From the NCBI RefSeq assembly GCF_006345805.1, contig NC_043010.1, positions 434,001-498,000 of the forward strand: a stretch of DNA of 64,000 nt, in the 5' to 3' direction. The DNA is from Octopus sinensis (lineage: Eukaryota). A program made the translations under genes and the position numbers. Shown here piece by piece: positions 12,911 to 24,941 of this stretch (positions are counted from its first letter, which is position 1; each line of letters begins with the position of its first letter). The notes under the pieces were generated by a model, which ran no database searches, was not told where the DNA came from, and saw nothing but the letters and a program-made list of their open reading frames with translations.

Positions 12911-14390
12911 AACAAACTGATCCTCCTGAATTTTCTTTTACCCAAAAACCAAGAACTTTTCTGCTTCTCCTTGGTTGGCCCAAGGCTATAGTAGAAGACA
13001 CATGGCCAAGGTGTCACGCAGTGGGACTGAACCTAGAACCATGTAGTCGGGGAGCAAGTTTCTTACCACACAGTCACATTCCCCTCTCAGATTCCTTCAG
13101 TTTTCCTAAGCCTGTGTGTGTGACTGTGTTTACATAACACATATATTTGTGGCATGTTTGTAATACCAACATGTTAGACTGTGACTGCATTAACATAAGT
13201 TTGAATGTGTCTATGCGTGTGTGAATGTGTACATGTTTTTCACTGATTTGCAGAGAGGGGAGTGCCTATGGCCTTTTCAGGCCCTCCTAGACTCAATATG
13301 TATACGAGCGTGCGTTTGTGTGGGTGTATATATATATATATATAAAGCACTGCTCATAAGAGTTTATAAATATGCATTAGTGATGTGCTTGTGTGCATAT
13401 ACAAGTATGTATTTATGTATGTGTGAATGTGTATGTGTTTATGGAAGTTGCATGCATGTGTGTGTGAGATAGAGAGATAGATAGTATGTGTGTGTGTGAG
13501 AGTGTATGTTAGTGCATGTGTGCGAGAGAAATAAAGAGTGTGTGTGTGTGTGTGTGTGTGTGGTTAGTGAGTGTATGTGAGGGAGAGACTGTGTGAGAGA
13601 GACAAAGAAAGTGTATATATGAGAGAGGGAGAGTGAGTGTGTGTGAGAGGGATAGAAAGAAAGTATATGTGAAGGGGAGAGGGAGAGTGTGTGAGAGAGA
13701 GGGAGAGAAAGAAAGAGGCTATGTGCATGTATGTTTGCATATATGCATGAACGAGCATATGTTGGTGTGTATGTGTGTTTGTATATGTGTGTAAATGCAT
13801 TATACATGTATGAATGTATATGTAATAGTGTGTAATTATGGGATGTATGCATGTGTGCATATGTGCGTGCAAGCGTGCATGTGCGGTTTATACCTTCTCC
13901 ACCTCCGTCACCTGCTTCTCCCAATCAAGTTCAGTTTCATTAACTGATTAAGAAGACAGGCTGACTTCACTCATCTGCTGCTAATTGAAGCTTTCAACAC
14001 CCACCACCACCTCCACCACCTGAACCTTTTACTTGCAAAGCCATCACCTCTTATCCTTCCCCACCGATCACCCTCTCCCTCATTTTAACCTCTGATCTCT
14101 ACTCCCCCTTTTTCCTCTGCCATTGCCACACACACAAACACACACACACAAACACACACCACACACACATGCACATATTGCACATACACAGACACATGCT
14201 CACGCAAAGTTCCTGTGGACTATGAAACAAAGAGGAGGAGAAGTGAGAGTGAAAGAGAAAAGTGTGTGGGAACTTCTGATCTCTCCTCCCCTTCCTGCTA
14301 CTACTATTATAATTACTACATGCATGCATGTATAGATGCACGGATACAGATCCTACTTCCTACATGAGGAAAAGTGTGTAGGTGGGAGGG

Positions 14391-14399
<9 letters not shown>

Positions 14400-14421
<22 letters not shown>

Positions 14422-14800
14422 GAGAGGAAGAAAGAGACCTTCAGCTTACCTCTCTCTTCCTACTATTCACATCCACAAACATGCTAACACAAATACATCA
14501 GCTCTCTCTCTCTCTCTCACTCTTTCTCTCTCTCACACATACAAATGCTCAAAGCTGTAGGAAACAATGAGGGAGAAAAGCTGAGAGAGAGAGAGGCTGC
14601 CTGCTTATCTCACCTCTCTTTCCTCCTAATATTCACATTCACAAATACGCTTACACATGCACACATTGGTTTCTCTCTCTCTCTTTGTCTCTCTCTCTCT
14701 CTCTCCCTCCCTCTCACACACATGTGTCTATACACACAAATGCTCAAAGCTGTAGGAGGAAACAATGAGGGAGAAAAGCTGAGAGAGAGAGAGAGAGAGT
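14400..14800 (+). repeat. ~190-bp tandem duplication built from microsatellites
   Basis: acaaatgctcaaagctgtagga(gga)aacaatgagggagaaaagctgagagagag at ~14541 and ~14736. Confidence 0.85.
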
Positions 14801-15371
14801 GGGGGGGGGAGAAAGAATAAAAAAATGAAAGAAATGTGAGAAAAAAGCTGCAGCAGGTAAAGAATGTGTGTGTGTGTGTGTAAGAAACAATGAAATAAAT
14901 AAAAGCTGAAATATATGAAGAATGAAAAAGGAAGAAAAAATTAAATGAAATGTTGGAAGAAGTGCAAAATAGAAGAAAGAAGAATTTAGAGATGAAGGTT
15001 AATGGGTAATAGGGAAGGAATAGAAGTAAGGAGTAGTAGTCATTTAGCCCAAGGTCAGCTTTGGTTGACAGTCTGTGATCAAAGACATTATTGCAACCAT
15101 GAACAACCTGCCTTTTGGGATATCATCATCATCATGATCCTCATTGTTTAACATCCTTTTTTCCCTGTCTTCATGGTCAGATGGAATTTGGTGAGGCAGG
15201 TTCTCTATGGCCAGATGCCCTTCTTCTCACCAACTCTTATCTATTTTCAACCAAGATAATATTTCTCCAAAGTCAAGAGATTTTTATTCTCATGGAAGAC
15301 TGAAAATGAACAACATAGCTTACATGATAATGATTCTCATTTATATTCATTAAATGATATCAAGAACAAAG

Positions 15372-15409
<38 letters not shown>

Positions 15410-15465
15410 CACACACACACACACCACACACACACACACCACACACACATACGCACATCATGTCC

Positions 15466-15685
15466 GGTAAGTTCACCATCATCAATTCACTACAGAAAAA
15501 GTTCACTCTACGAATTTTTTGACATAATTTTTCAACTTCAATTTTTCTCTCATATTTTTCTTCAATAAAATAGTTTTTTACTCTGGATATATTTTCTCCA
15601 TAAGCTTTACTCATGGTGAACTTTCTTCATGTTGAATTGATAGCAGTGAACTTTCCTACAATGAATTAATGGTGGTGAACTTACC
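15466..15685. mobile_element. Unclassified MITE (~220 bp, ~41-bp imperfect TIRs)
   Basis: ggtaagttcaccatcatcaattcactacagaaaaagttcact versus the reverse complement of agtgaactttcctacaatgaattaatggtggtgaacttacc. Confidence 0.7.
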
Positions 15686-15995
15686 TGTATTCCACATATA
15701 AACACAGGCACACACACACACACACACACACACTTTTACACATACGGCAGACTTCATTCAGTTTCTATCTACTAAATGCATTCTCAAGGTCATTCCTAAT
15801 ACTAACCACTGTACAGAATGTACTTGATACATTTGATTGTGGCACCAGCATTAGTGAGGTAGCTATGTTTTCAGCAATGTGAGGAAGAGAATAGCAAGGA
15901 ATTGATGTATTGAGAGGAGAAATTAATCATCAGATTGTTGTTTAACTCAAAGAAGCTTGTGATATATTAAAATGTGTGTATAAAGTGTTTAAATA

Positions 15996-16224
15996 TATTT
16001 CTTTACTACCCACAAGGGGCTAAACACAGAGGGGACAAACAAGAACAGACAAACGGATTAAGTCGATTACATTGACCCCAGTGCATAACTGGTACTTAAT
16101 TTATCGACCCCGAAAGGATGAAAGGTAAAGTCGACCTTGGCGGAATTTGAACTCAGAACGTAACGGCAGACGAAATACGGCTACGCATTTCGCCTGGCAT
16201 GCTAACGTTTCTGCCAGATCGCCG
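15996..16224 (-). mobile_element. SINE A (gtgggtagtaaagaaat tail subtype), little diverged
   Basis: Nearly identical to the copies at 47308-47540 and 57749-57980. Confidence 0.9.
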
Positions 16225-16749
16225 ATCTTTGTTCTTGATATCATTTGATGAATATAAATGAGAATCATTATCATGTAAGCTATGTTGTTCATTTTCAGTC
16301 TTCCATGAGAATAAAAATCTCTTGACTTTGGAGAAATATTATCTTGGTTGAAAATAGATAAGAGTTGGTGAGAAGAAGGGCATCTGGCCATAGAGAACCT
16401 GCCTCACCAAATTCCATCTGACCCATGAAGACAGGGAAAAAAGGATGTTAAACAATGAGGATCATGATGATGATGATATCCCAAAAGGCAGGTTGTTCAT
16501 GGTTGCAATAATGTCTTTGATCACAGACTGTCCAACCAAAGCTGACCTTGGGCTAAATGACTACTACTCCTTACTTCTATTCCTTCCCTATTAACCCATT
16601 AACCCTTCATCTCTAAATTCTTCTTTCTTCTATTTTGCACTTCTTCCAACATTTCATTTAATTTTTTCTTCCTTTTCATCTTTCATATTTTTCAGCTTTT
16701 ATTTATTTCATTGTTTCCTACAGCTTTGAGCATTTGTGTGTACGCACAT

Positions 16750-16857
<108 letters not shown>

Positions 16858-17179
16858 CAAGTGAGATAGAGAACCAATGTATGTAAGCTTATTTGTGAAT
16901 GTGAATATTCGGAGAAAAGAGAGGTGAGATAAGCAGGGTCTCTTTCTATCCCAGCTTTTCTCCCTCATCGTTTCCTACAGCTTTCAGCATTTGCGTGTGC
17001 ATATCTGTGAGTGCATGCGTATGTGTGAGCTAAACAGATCTATGATTAAAAGCATTCCAAGTATTTTCTTTACATAAATCTAGGAGGATATTATTCAGTA
17101 TGTCCTTCGTTTTTTAAGATTATAGGGTGTAATTTGAGTGAGATTTGGTTGTTATTTCCAACAGATAGACAACGTTTCT

Positions 17180-17358
17180 ACCAGTGTCACCCATGTAAAA
17201 TGTCTGGTGTTAGGAAAGGCATCCAGTTGTAAGGAACAAAAGCCAAACCAGAGTGGAATCTGGTGCAGCTCTCTGGCTTGCTAGCAATGGTCAAATCATT
17301 CCATCCATGCCAGCATGGAAAACGTTCATTAAAGGATGATGATGATGATGATGATGAT
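17180..17358 (+). mobile_element. RTE-type 3' UTR copy with (GAT)n tail
   Basis: tggtgttaggaaaggcatccagttgta...ccagcatggaaaacgttcattaaaggatgatgat. Confidence 0.75.
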
Positions 17359-18682
17359 AGTGATTGGATGATTAAATGGGTAATTAATTGGTTGCTCAGC
17401 GCACTAGACATAGCAGCTAAATCTTACTCAAGTCACATACATATCTAATATCTCAAAATAAAAGAAGGGTAGAATGGATAATATAATTCCAGATAAAAAA
17501 TGGGATGGTCATAAATGGAACTCTTTTGACTGTAGGTCTGCTCAGAGTTAACATGGGGCTAAGTAACAACAGTAAACAAAAAATAGTTTCACCAAACAGT
17601 GAAGTAGCCTGTACCTGGTCACTTGATCTGTTAGAAATAGCAACCAAATATCTATTAAATTACTTTCTACATTCTTCAAATAGTAGGAAAGACACAGTGA
17701 ATATGGCTGGTTGGATCGTCAAAGCTCAATAATGAAGATTCAGATGTTTGATCAACTGAATTAGCTGTTTGTTAAATCAGCATGTAAGTGGCTGAGTATT
17801 CCACAGACACGTGTATGCCTATTGTAATTCTCAGGGAGGATAAGCATAACACAATGTGTGACATAGTTATACTTTTGAATTATGGGTACAATCCATCCAA
17901 TGGGCTTCTACATCTGTTTCTATCCACCCACTTTTACTTCCAAGGTATGGGTTGAACTGAGGCTGTAAAAAAATGACATTTGGCCAAGATGCTATGGAGT
18001 AGGATTGAACCTTGGACCTCATGGCTACACAATGAACTTCTTAATCATTTCACCTTACTGCACCTACACAACAGATATATTATGTGACAAAAAATGGTGT
18101 CCCATGGCTGCAGTCCAATGAATGAAACAAGATAAAAGAGGACAGGATGGTCACAGATGGACTCTTTTTTTTTGGATCATAGGTCTGCTTTCGACCAAGG
18201 GTTAAAGATGAAAAAGAACAACAAAAATGAGCAGCTTGTTTTGTGTGTGTTTTTGGTCTTTTACTCTTTTACTTGTTTCAGTCATTTGACTGCAGCCATG
18301 TTGGAATAACGCCTTGAAGGGTTTTTGTTGAACAAATTGACCTCAGGACTTATTCATTAAGCTTGGTACTTATTATTTCAGTCTCTTTTTGCTGAACTGC
18401 TAAGTTATGGGGATGTAAACACACTAACACTGGTTGTCAAGTGGTGATGGGGGGAAAAACACAGATACGTAGGTGCAGGAGTGGCTGTGTGGTATGTAGC
18501 TTGCTTACCAACAACGTGGCTCTGGGTTCATTCCCACTGGGCAAGCATCTTCTACTATAGCCTCGGGCTGACCAAAGCCATGTGAGTGGATTTGGTAGAC
18601 GGAAACTGAAAGAAGCCTGTCGTATATATGCATGTATGTGTATATATATATAATATATGTATGTATGTATATATATATATAT

Positions 18683-18742
<60 letters not shown>

Positions 18743-18746
<4 letters not shown>

Positions 18747-20270
18747 ATTTTTTCAGTAGAATGGGCTTAAAAATCGTTTTTGATGACGATCTGACGAAGG
18801 CCAACTTTTTAGATATTACGCTTAATTTACACAGTGACTCTTACTTCCCATATCATAAACCGTTGACCAATCTTAAGTACATTAGCAAATTTAGTAATCA
18901 TCCTGGAGCAATTACTAAGAATTTAGTTAAGAATATTTAATTTAGATTATCTAAATTATCTGCTAATGTTGATATTTTCAATAATAACGCTGAATTCTAT
19001 AACTCTGCCTTAATCAAAGCAGGTTATACAGAAAAAATTTTCTACATTGATTCTGCTCAGTCTAATTGTAAATTCAATAATGTAGATAAGATTTCTAGTC
19101 GTAAAAGAATTATTGATAACAAACATAACTTACGCACCGATACAAAGCGAATGAAGGCAGATAACCCTTATTTAATTCCCTATTATCGATCTAAAAGTAA
19201 ATATAACACCTTCAAAAGTAATTATGCTATGAATACTAGTAAAAATATTTGGTTAATAATTCCTTACGGGAGACAAATTAAATCTAATCTCCCACTGCTG
19301 TTTCGTCAAGCTATTGCTAGGAATTTTCCAAACAATTCTAGATATTACTCTATAATTAATTCACATAAGGTTAGGATAGGTTTTTCAAACACAAAAAATC
19401 TCTTGCAAATTATATCTTCTCATAATAACAAACTGTTAAATATTAATACATTTACTAATACTAACATTAATTTAGCTAATACCATCCAACCCTCTAGAAA
19501 TATTAATAACAAGGTTATTGTATCTGAAGTCAATTCCAATAGAATTAAATTTATGTCAAGTAACTCTAAGATTAAAAATTCTATATACCAGTGTATAATC
19601 ACTACTCGTAATAAAGTACGATTTTACATTGGAAGCACATCGTTAGAGTTATCTAAAAGAATTTCTATCCATTACTCAACATTTAGGGATAGAAATAAAC
19701 GGAATAGTACTGGTCTCAGCAAACTGATTTGGGATTTAAAAGACCACAATGAACAATTTCATTTAGAATGGTTGATTCTCTCAATTTCGATACCATATGA
19801 CAAAGGCAAGAAATTCTGTCTTCTCTGCAATTCTGAGCTATTTTTCATTATTTTTTCTAAAAATACTCTAGTAAACACGGTTATAGAACGAACATACAGA
19901 TGTAAGCATTGGCAGAAACATACATTTAGTGCATATAAGTAGTCTCTATCATTATATATAATTTAAACTTTAATTTCCTTTATATTTAACATTCACTATT
20001 AATATCCTTACTCTTTCTGTTAGCTACTTATGACGTTATATCATATAACATTTTTTTAAACAATATTAATAGCGTTCTGTCTATCGCTATACAAATCCAT
20101 CATTTTTTGCTAAAATGTCGTATTGACGAGTTTCGTTTTTTCACTTTCCCGAAGAGAAGATTGCATTGTTTATACCATTTATTCTTTTGAATAGTATCAG
20201 TGGAATTTTCGAAACATGTGTCGAAAGTAAAAATACTTGTTTAAACCTGCGTTAACTCCATTTTTTATTC
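18743..20270 (+). mobile_element. 5'-truncated Penelope-like retroelement: RT thumb, linker, GIY-YIG endonuclease, 3' region
   Basis: NFLDITLNLHSDSYFPYHKP (RT C-terminus); IWLIIPYGRQIKSNLPLLF...FP...INSHKVRIGFS linker; IYQC...FYIGST...RISIHYSTF...STGLSKLIWDLK...CLLCNSE...E..YRCKH endonuclease. One frame from ~18743 to 19942 with a single TAA at 18938-18940. Flanked by (TA)n. Confidence 0.9.
20143..20228 (+). ncRNA. Minimal type I hammerhead ribozyme-like motif in the PLE 3' region (U4C variant)
   Basis: Stem I actttc/gaaagt; core CCGAAGA; stem II gaagatt/aattttc with G10.1-C11.1; GAAA; stem III C-atgt-G; GUC cleavage triplet at 20220-20222. Confidence 0.75.
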
Positions 20271-20360
20271 ATATATATATATATATATAATATATATATA
20301 TATATATAATATATATATATATAATATATATATATATGTATGTATATATATATATATATA

Positions 20361-20428
<68 letters not shown>

Positions 20429-21354
20429 TTGTGTGTGTGTATATGTTTGTGTGTCTGTGTTTGTCCCCCCAACATTGCTTGACAACTGATGGTGGTGTAT
20501 TTACGTCCCCATAACTTAGCGGTTCGACAAAAGAGACCAATAGAATAAGTACTAGGCTTACAAAGAATAAGTCCTGGAATCGATTTGGCCACAGTCAAAT
20601 GACTGAAACAAATAAAAGAGTATACAAAGGCACACACACACACACAGATATATACATATATATATAATGTATATGATGGGATTCTTTCAGTTTCTGCCTA
20701 CCAAATTCACTCACAAGGCTTTGATCAACCCAAGGCTATAGTAGAAGACACAAGCCCAAGGTGCCATGCAGTGAGACTGACCCTGGAACCATGTGGTTGA
20801 GAAACAAACTTCTTACCTAACAACCATGTCTTATAAAGGGTTTTATAATTAAAAATGAAATTTTTTTTCGTAAAATACAAAAATTTTGAGTGAGCAAAAA
20901 CAATTCCAATGAAGAACAGATATTTGAGAGACTTTCAGTACCAATATCAAATTCTCATTAAAATAAAAACAACAAAAGGAAAGCAAGCGAAAAAAACACC
21001 AGAAGCAAAAAATTATACAGTTTCTGTCATTTAGGATTTGAAGTGGCAATCTTTTGGAAATAGAACACGAACTAAACTGGCTGTATTGATGTTTATTTAA
21101 CCTTCTAGCGCCAAGGGAACATTTTACAGCTTAGTAAATATCCATTGCTTAGAAGGAATTTCCATAATCTCCTCTCTCTATACATAAACAGAACATTTCC
21201 TTGCTTCCCTTCTGCTATTTTTGAAATCCAATTTTTCATGATAATTTCCTAATACAGCTTAATCTTCTTTCATTCTTTCAGTTTGCAAATGAGATTTTGA
21301 TTAGCTGACACACACACATATTGATGTGCGTGTGTGCATATTTATATACGCCTG

Positions 21355-21389
<35 letters not shown>

Positions 21390-23302
21390 TATATAATCTA
21401 TTACATGCACACACACACACATACACACTCACATACACAAATACAAATATACATGTATGGTTATGTATATATGTCTATATATGCACATATGTAAATATAT
21501 ATATATTTATAAACACACACATACATATAATATATATATATACACACACACATGTATGGTCATGTATATAAATATGTATATAGCTATATATGTACATACA
21601 TAAATGTGAAAAATGAGTATATTCATTTGTGTGTGTGAAAATATGAGTGTGTGTATATATATGTGTGCTTATATATACATGCATATGCATATAAGCTATG
21701 TGTGTGTATTTGTGTAGACACATGTATCCATGCACACACACACATGAGTTTTTACATATACATAAATGTGTGCATACACATGTGTATGTGTCTGTGTGTG
21801 TTCATGTATGTATATATAAGTCTTCATTATCTTTGCTACATTCTCTCATTCTCTCAGCAATACGTAGTCTGAATGTTGCTGAAATGTAGGTAAAGGAAAG
21901 AGAGAAGGAAAATGAAAAATAAAGCTAAAAGTAAAAGATAAAGAATGACCCCCCCCCAAAAAAAAAAACAACAAAAAACAAAAAACACTAGAATAAAGGA
22001 TTATTTTTTTCTAAGTCAAGAAATCCTAGAAATTTTTAGCTTTAAAATAATAAAGAAGATTTAAATAAAAAAAATGGTGTAAATGTTTTATTTTGTTCAT
22101 GTTTTTATTGGTTCTTTTTCTTTATTCTCCCAGGACTGTTTGTCCTCTGTGAAGCCTTAATATTGGACAAAACCTGAACTGTTCACTAATAATGATTAAG
22201 AAAAAAAAAAAAAATATTGATCAGTTGATTATTAATAATTTATTATTTTTTTTTTGTCTTTTGGTAAATGTAATTTTTAAGGAACCAAAAGGAAAAAGTC
22301 TCATAAAAAAAAGTTTCAGATGGATTTTCTTTCTTTTCTAATTCAACTTTTATATTGAAAAGAAAATCCAGAATTGCTGGTAACATACCATAAGTTTGCA
22401 TTGCCAATAATACAATTCAATCATAATGCATGTTGCTTCTTTGATAAAGAGCCTTAGCTCAAAATATCATACTCTTTCCTTTCCTTACAGTAACTCCATT
22501 TATTTAAATCATGACCCATCCTCATTTTATATTAATTAAAGATTTTACATTTGGAGTCAGAAGTTGCTTTTGTTTTTGTCTAGCCCTAACTGAAAAAGCC
22601 TATGATCAAAAGCATTCCAGCCATGACCATACCATCTAGAGAACGCAGGACTACATTATTAATCATGGATAATGTGGCCCACTCTTTTCCCAAATGGTGG
22701 AGTGTGATTTGAGGTAAATCTAGTGGCTGTTTCTAGCTGGTTGACTGATTAATTTGAGACTCCCTTGTTGTTATGGTAGTTGAGTTGTTTATCTTCAAAG
22801 CAGCCTTGAGTGAGCAGATCAAAGCTTGTCTGTCTGTAACTATCTTGTGTTTTTGTTTATCCAGAATTACAACATAATGTTGGAAGGAAAAGAGTGGAAT
22901 ATGTTAGGTGGAGCCGGGGGGGGGGAACGATGTGGGATGTATGGAAGGTGAGATTATATGGAGGGTAATGAAAGAAGTAGAGTGTTAGGTGGGGACTTAG
23001 AGGGAAATAGGGATCTAAAGGGGAAGTGTGGTATCTGGAAGGGAAGATATAGCAGAGGAAATGGAAAGAATGTAAGGTTGGGGCATGTGGGTGACATTTG
23101 CTACCTGGAAGGTAAGACAAATTGGGGTGGAGAGTCAGGGAAGGAGGAAAAGGGAGTCTGTCAGGTAGAGGTAAGGTTTAAGGACTTAGGGAGTAAAGTG
23201 TGGTATCTTGTAGGTGAGACATACTGTGGAGATAATGAAAGGAAGAGAGTGTATCAAGTAAGGCCCAAAGGAAGTCAGTAGACAGTTTTGTAGTTCAGAG
23301 GA

Positions 23303-23340
<38 letters not shown>

Positions 23341-24941
23341 GAATAGTTGTAGACCATTTCAGGTGTACCATGGATATAAAAGATGAAATGAGTGTGGCTG
23401 TAATGCCTTTAATTACAGGTCAACTAAGTTAAAACTAACATAAGTCTGAACAACAACAGAGATAACACTCAATAAGCTTCATACAAGTCATTTTAAAGAC
23501 AGAATTATTGCATAACTAAGACTCCATACTTTTTCTTCAGCAGCCATTGTTATTTTGGACACCAAAACTACATCAATGTCAATTTGAATATGTCAAACTT
23601 TAAAAAATGATCCATCATCATTATTTCTAAATTTTTTTTTTGAAGATTTGTTAAGATTTTTCATTGTTATTCTTTCTTTATATTTATATATATGTATATT
23701 TTAGAATTTGTTGTTAGGAAATAAAAAATAAATAAAGAATAAAAAGGGAACATTTACAGATTACTTTTTCAGTCAATAGGAAAACTGCAGCTATGATCAT
23801 TCTTTTGAAACTGTAACTTGCTAATGTCTCTTATAATAGCGACCAAATTTGGTAGTAGTGCAGTGCAGCATTCTGTTTAAAGCACAATAAATTAAAAAGA
23901 GAGAGAAAAGCAAAACAGTTTATTGACAAACTGTAGACAGAAAACCAATGATGTTTTAATCATTTTAAAGATGCGTCTGTTGCATAATACCACAACACAA
24001 CACTATTGTATTCTTCAAGTAACCACAACCAAGATATATTGCATCATGTCTTGCCAACAATCTCTGCTCCCCCATTAGTTTTGGTAAGTTCACAGTTTCA
24101 TATTGTATGCCTCTGTCAAAAACATCAATATAGTCTTTGTCCTGTGTTAGGATGTGAATAGGAGCAACAACCAGTAATAATGAAATGTTTAGCTTACATT
24201 ATAATTAGAGATTAATAGTATTATGTTGTTTATAACAAAATGGCTAAGTGGTTGGGGTTATTCAGCTCACGATTATAAGGTTATTAGTTTGATATGTGGC
24301 AGTGTGTTGTGTCCTTGAGCAAGATGCTTAATTTCAAGTTGCTCCAGTCCACTCAGTTGACAGAGATTATTGTTTGGTGCAATAGTAATAGTCAACAAAG
24401 CCAATTCATCATGGGTATAATAGAGATTGAAGAAATGCCTCTATAAATTCGCTCATTGGTCTTGTAATCTGATGCTGTGAGATGCTTTGAACTGTCAGAA
24501 GATTGGAAATGGAAATAATAATAAAATACATATGAATACAAATAAATATATAAAATAAAAAATGGAAAATTGAAATTTAAAGATGTCTAAATTATTATAT
24601 TTTTGTTCTAAAATCAAGTTTGGATTCATGAGACAGTGTCCTGCGGTGGGAGTCCAAGAATGGCATTGGAAAGATCAGTACTGTTGGAAGGTATTCAATT
24701 AAGTGGGACCAAACTGAGGATATTAGTCAGAGGGTGATTAATGATGGTACAAAAGAAGCAAAATTTCAAAGAACACAATTAGCGAAGGTATGGAAAATGT
24801 AGAGAGTCTCTGGCAGGTTTTAAAATTTAAGTGATGTAGTCATATTAATATATCATTCTGGCAAATCACAGGGTTTGTATGTAAGGAGGCATTGTGAAGG
24901 AGACGTGCAATAGTCAAAGAAGCTTCAGAAAAAAACAGATA

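Larger units (their letters stand above)
12170..12972 (-). mobile_element. Mariner-type MITE split by two SINE insertions
   Basis: Pieces at 12170-12210, 12426-12512 and ~12916-12972 match the reverse complement of the intact MITE at 32764-32974. Confidence 0.75.
14881..16720. repeat. Long inverted repeat: arms 14881-15373 and 16225-16720, spacer ~850 bp
   Basis: Base-by-base comparison: over 14941-15373 I found four single-base indels and one substitution relative to the reverse complement of the right arm. Confidence 0.95.
18470..20620 (+). mobile_element. Inner SINE B (head 18470-18630, tail ~20440-20620) split by the PLE
   Basis: Head ggtgcaggagtggctgtgtggt...gaaagaagcctgtcgtatatatg; tail tgtgtctgtgtttgtccccccaacattgcttgacaac...gactgaaacaaataaaagag. 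Confidence 0.8.
18255..20830 (-). mobile_element. Outer SINE B (tail 18255-18468, head ~20625-20830) split by nested insertions
   Basis: Both halves are on the minus strand and in the correct order for one element. Confidence 0.7.

Noticed and set aside
18938-18940. In-frame stop in the PLE as selenocysteine recoding (reported for some Naiad PLEs)
   Set aside because: The codon is TAA, not TGA, and it is not at a cysteine-like position.
20115-20135. Minus-strand GAAAC-UC-GUC suggesting an antisense hammerhead
   Set aside because: No CUGANGA core at a suitable upstream position on that strand.
23971-24083. Segment bounded by aag| and |gtaagt
   Set aside because: Stops occur in all three frames and the acceptor is weak.
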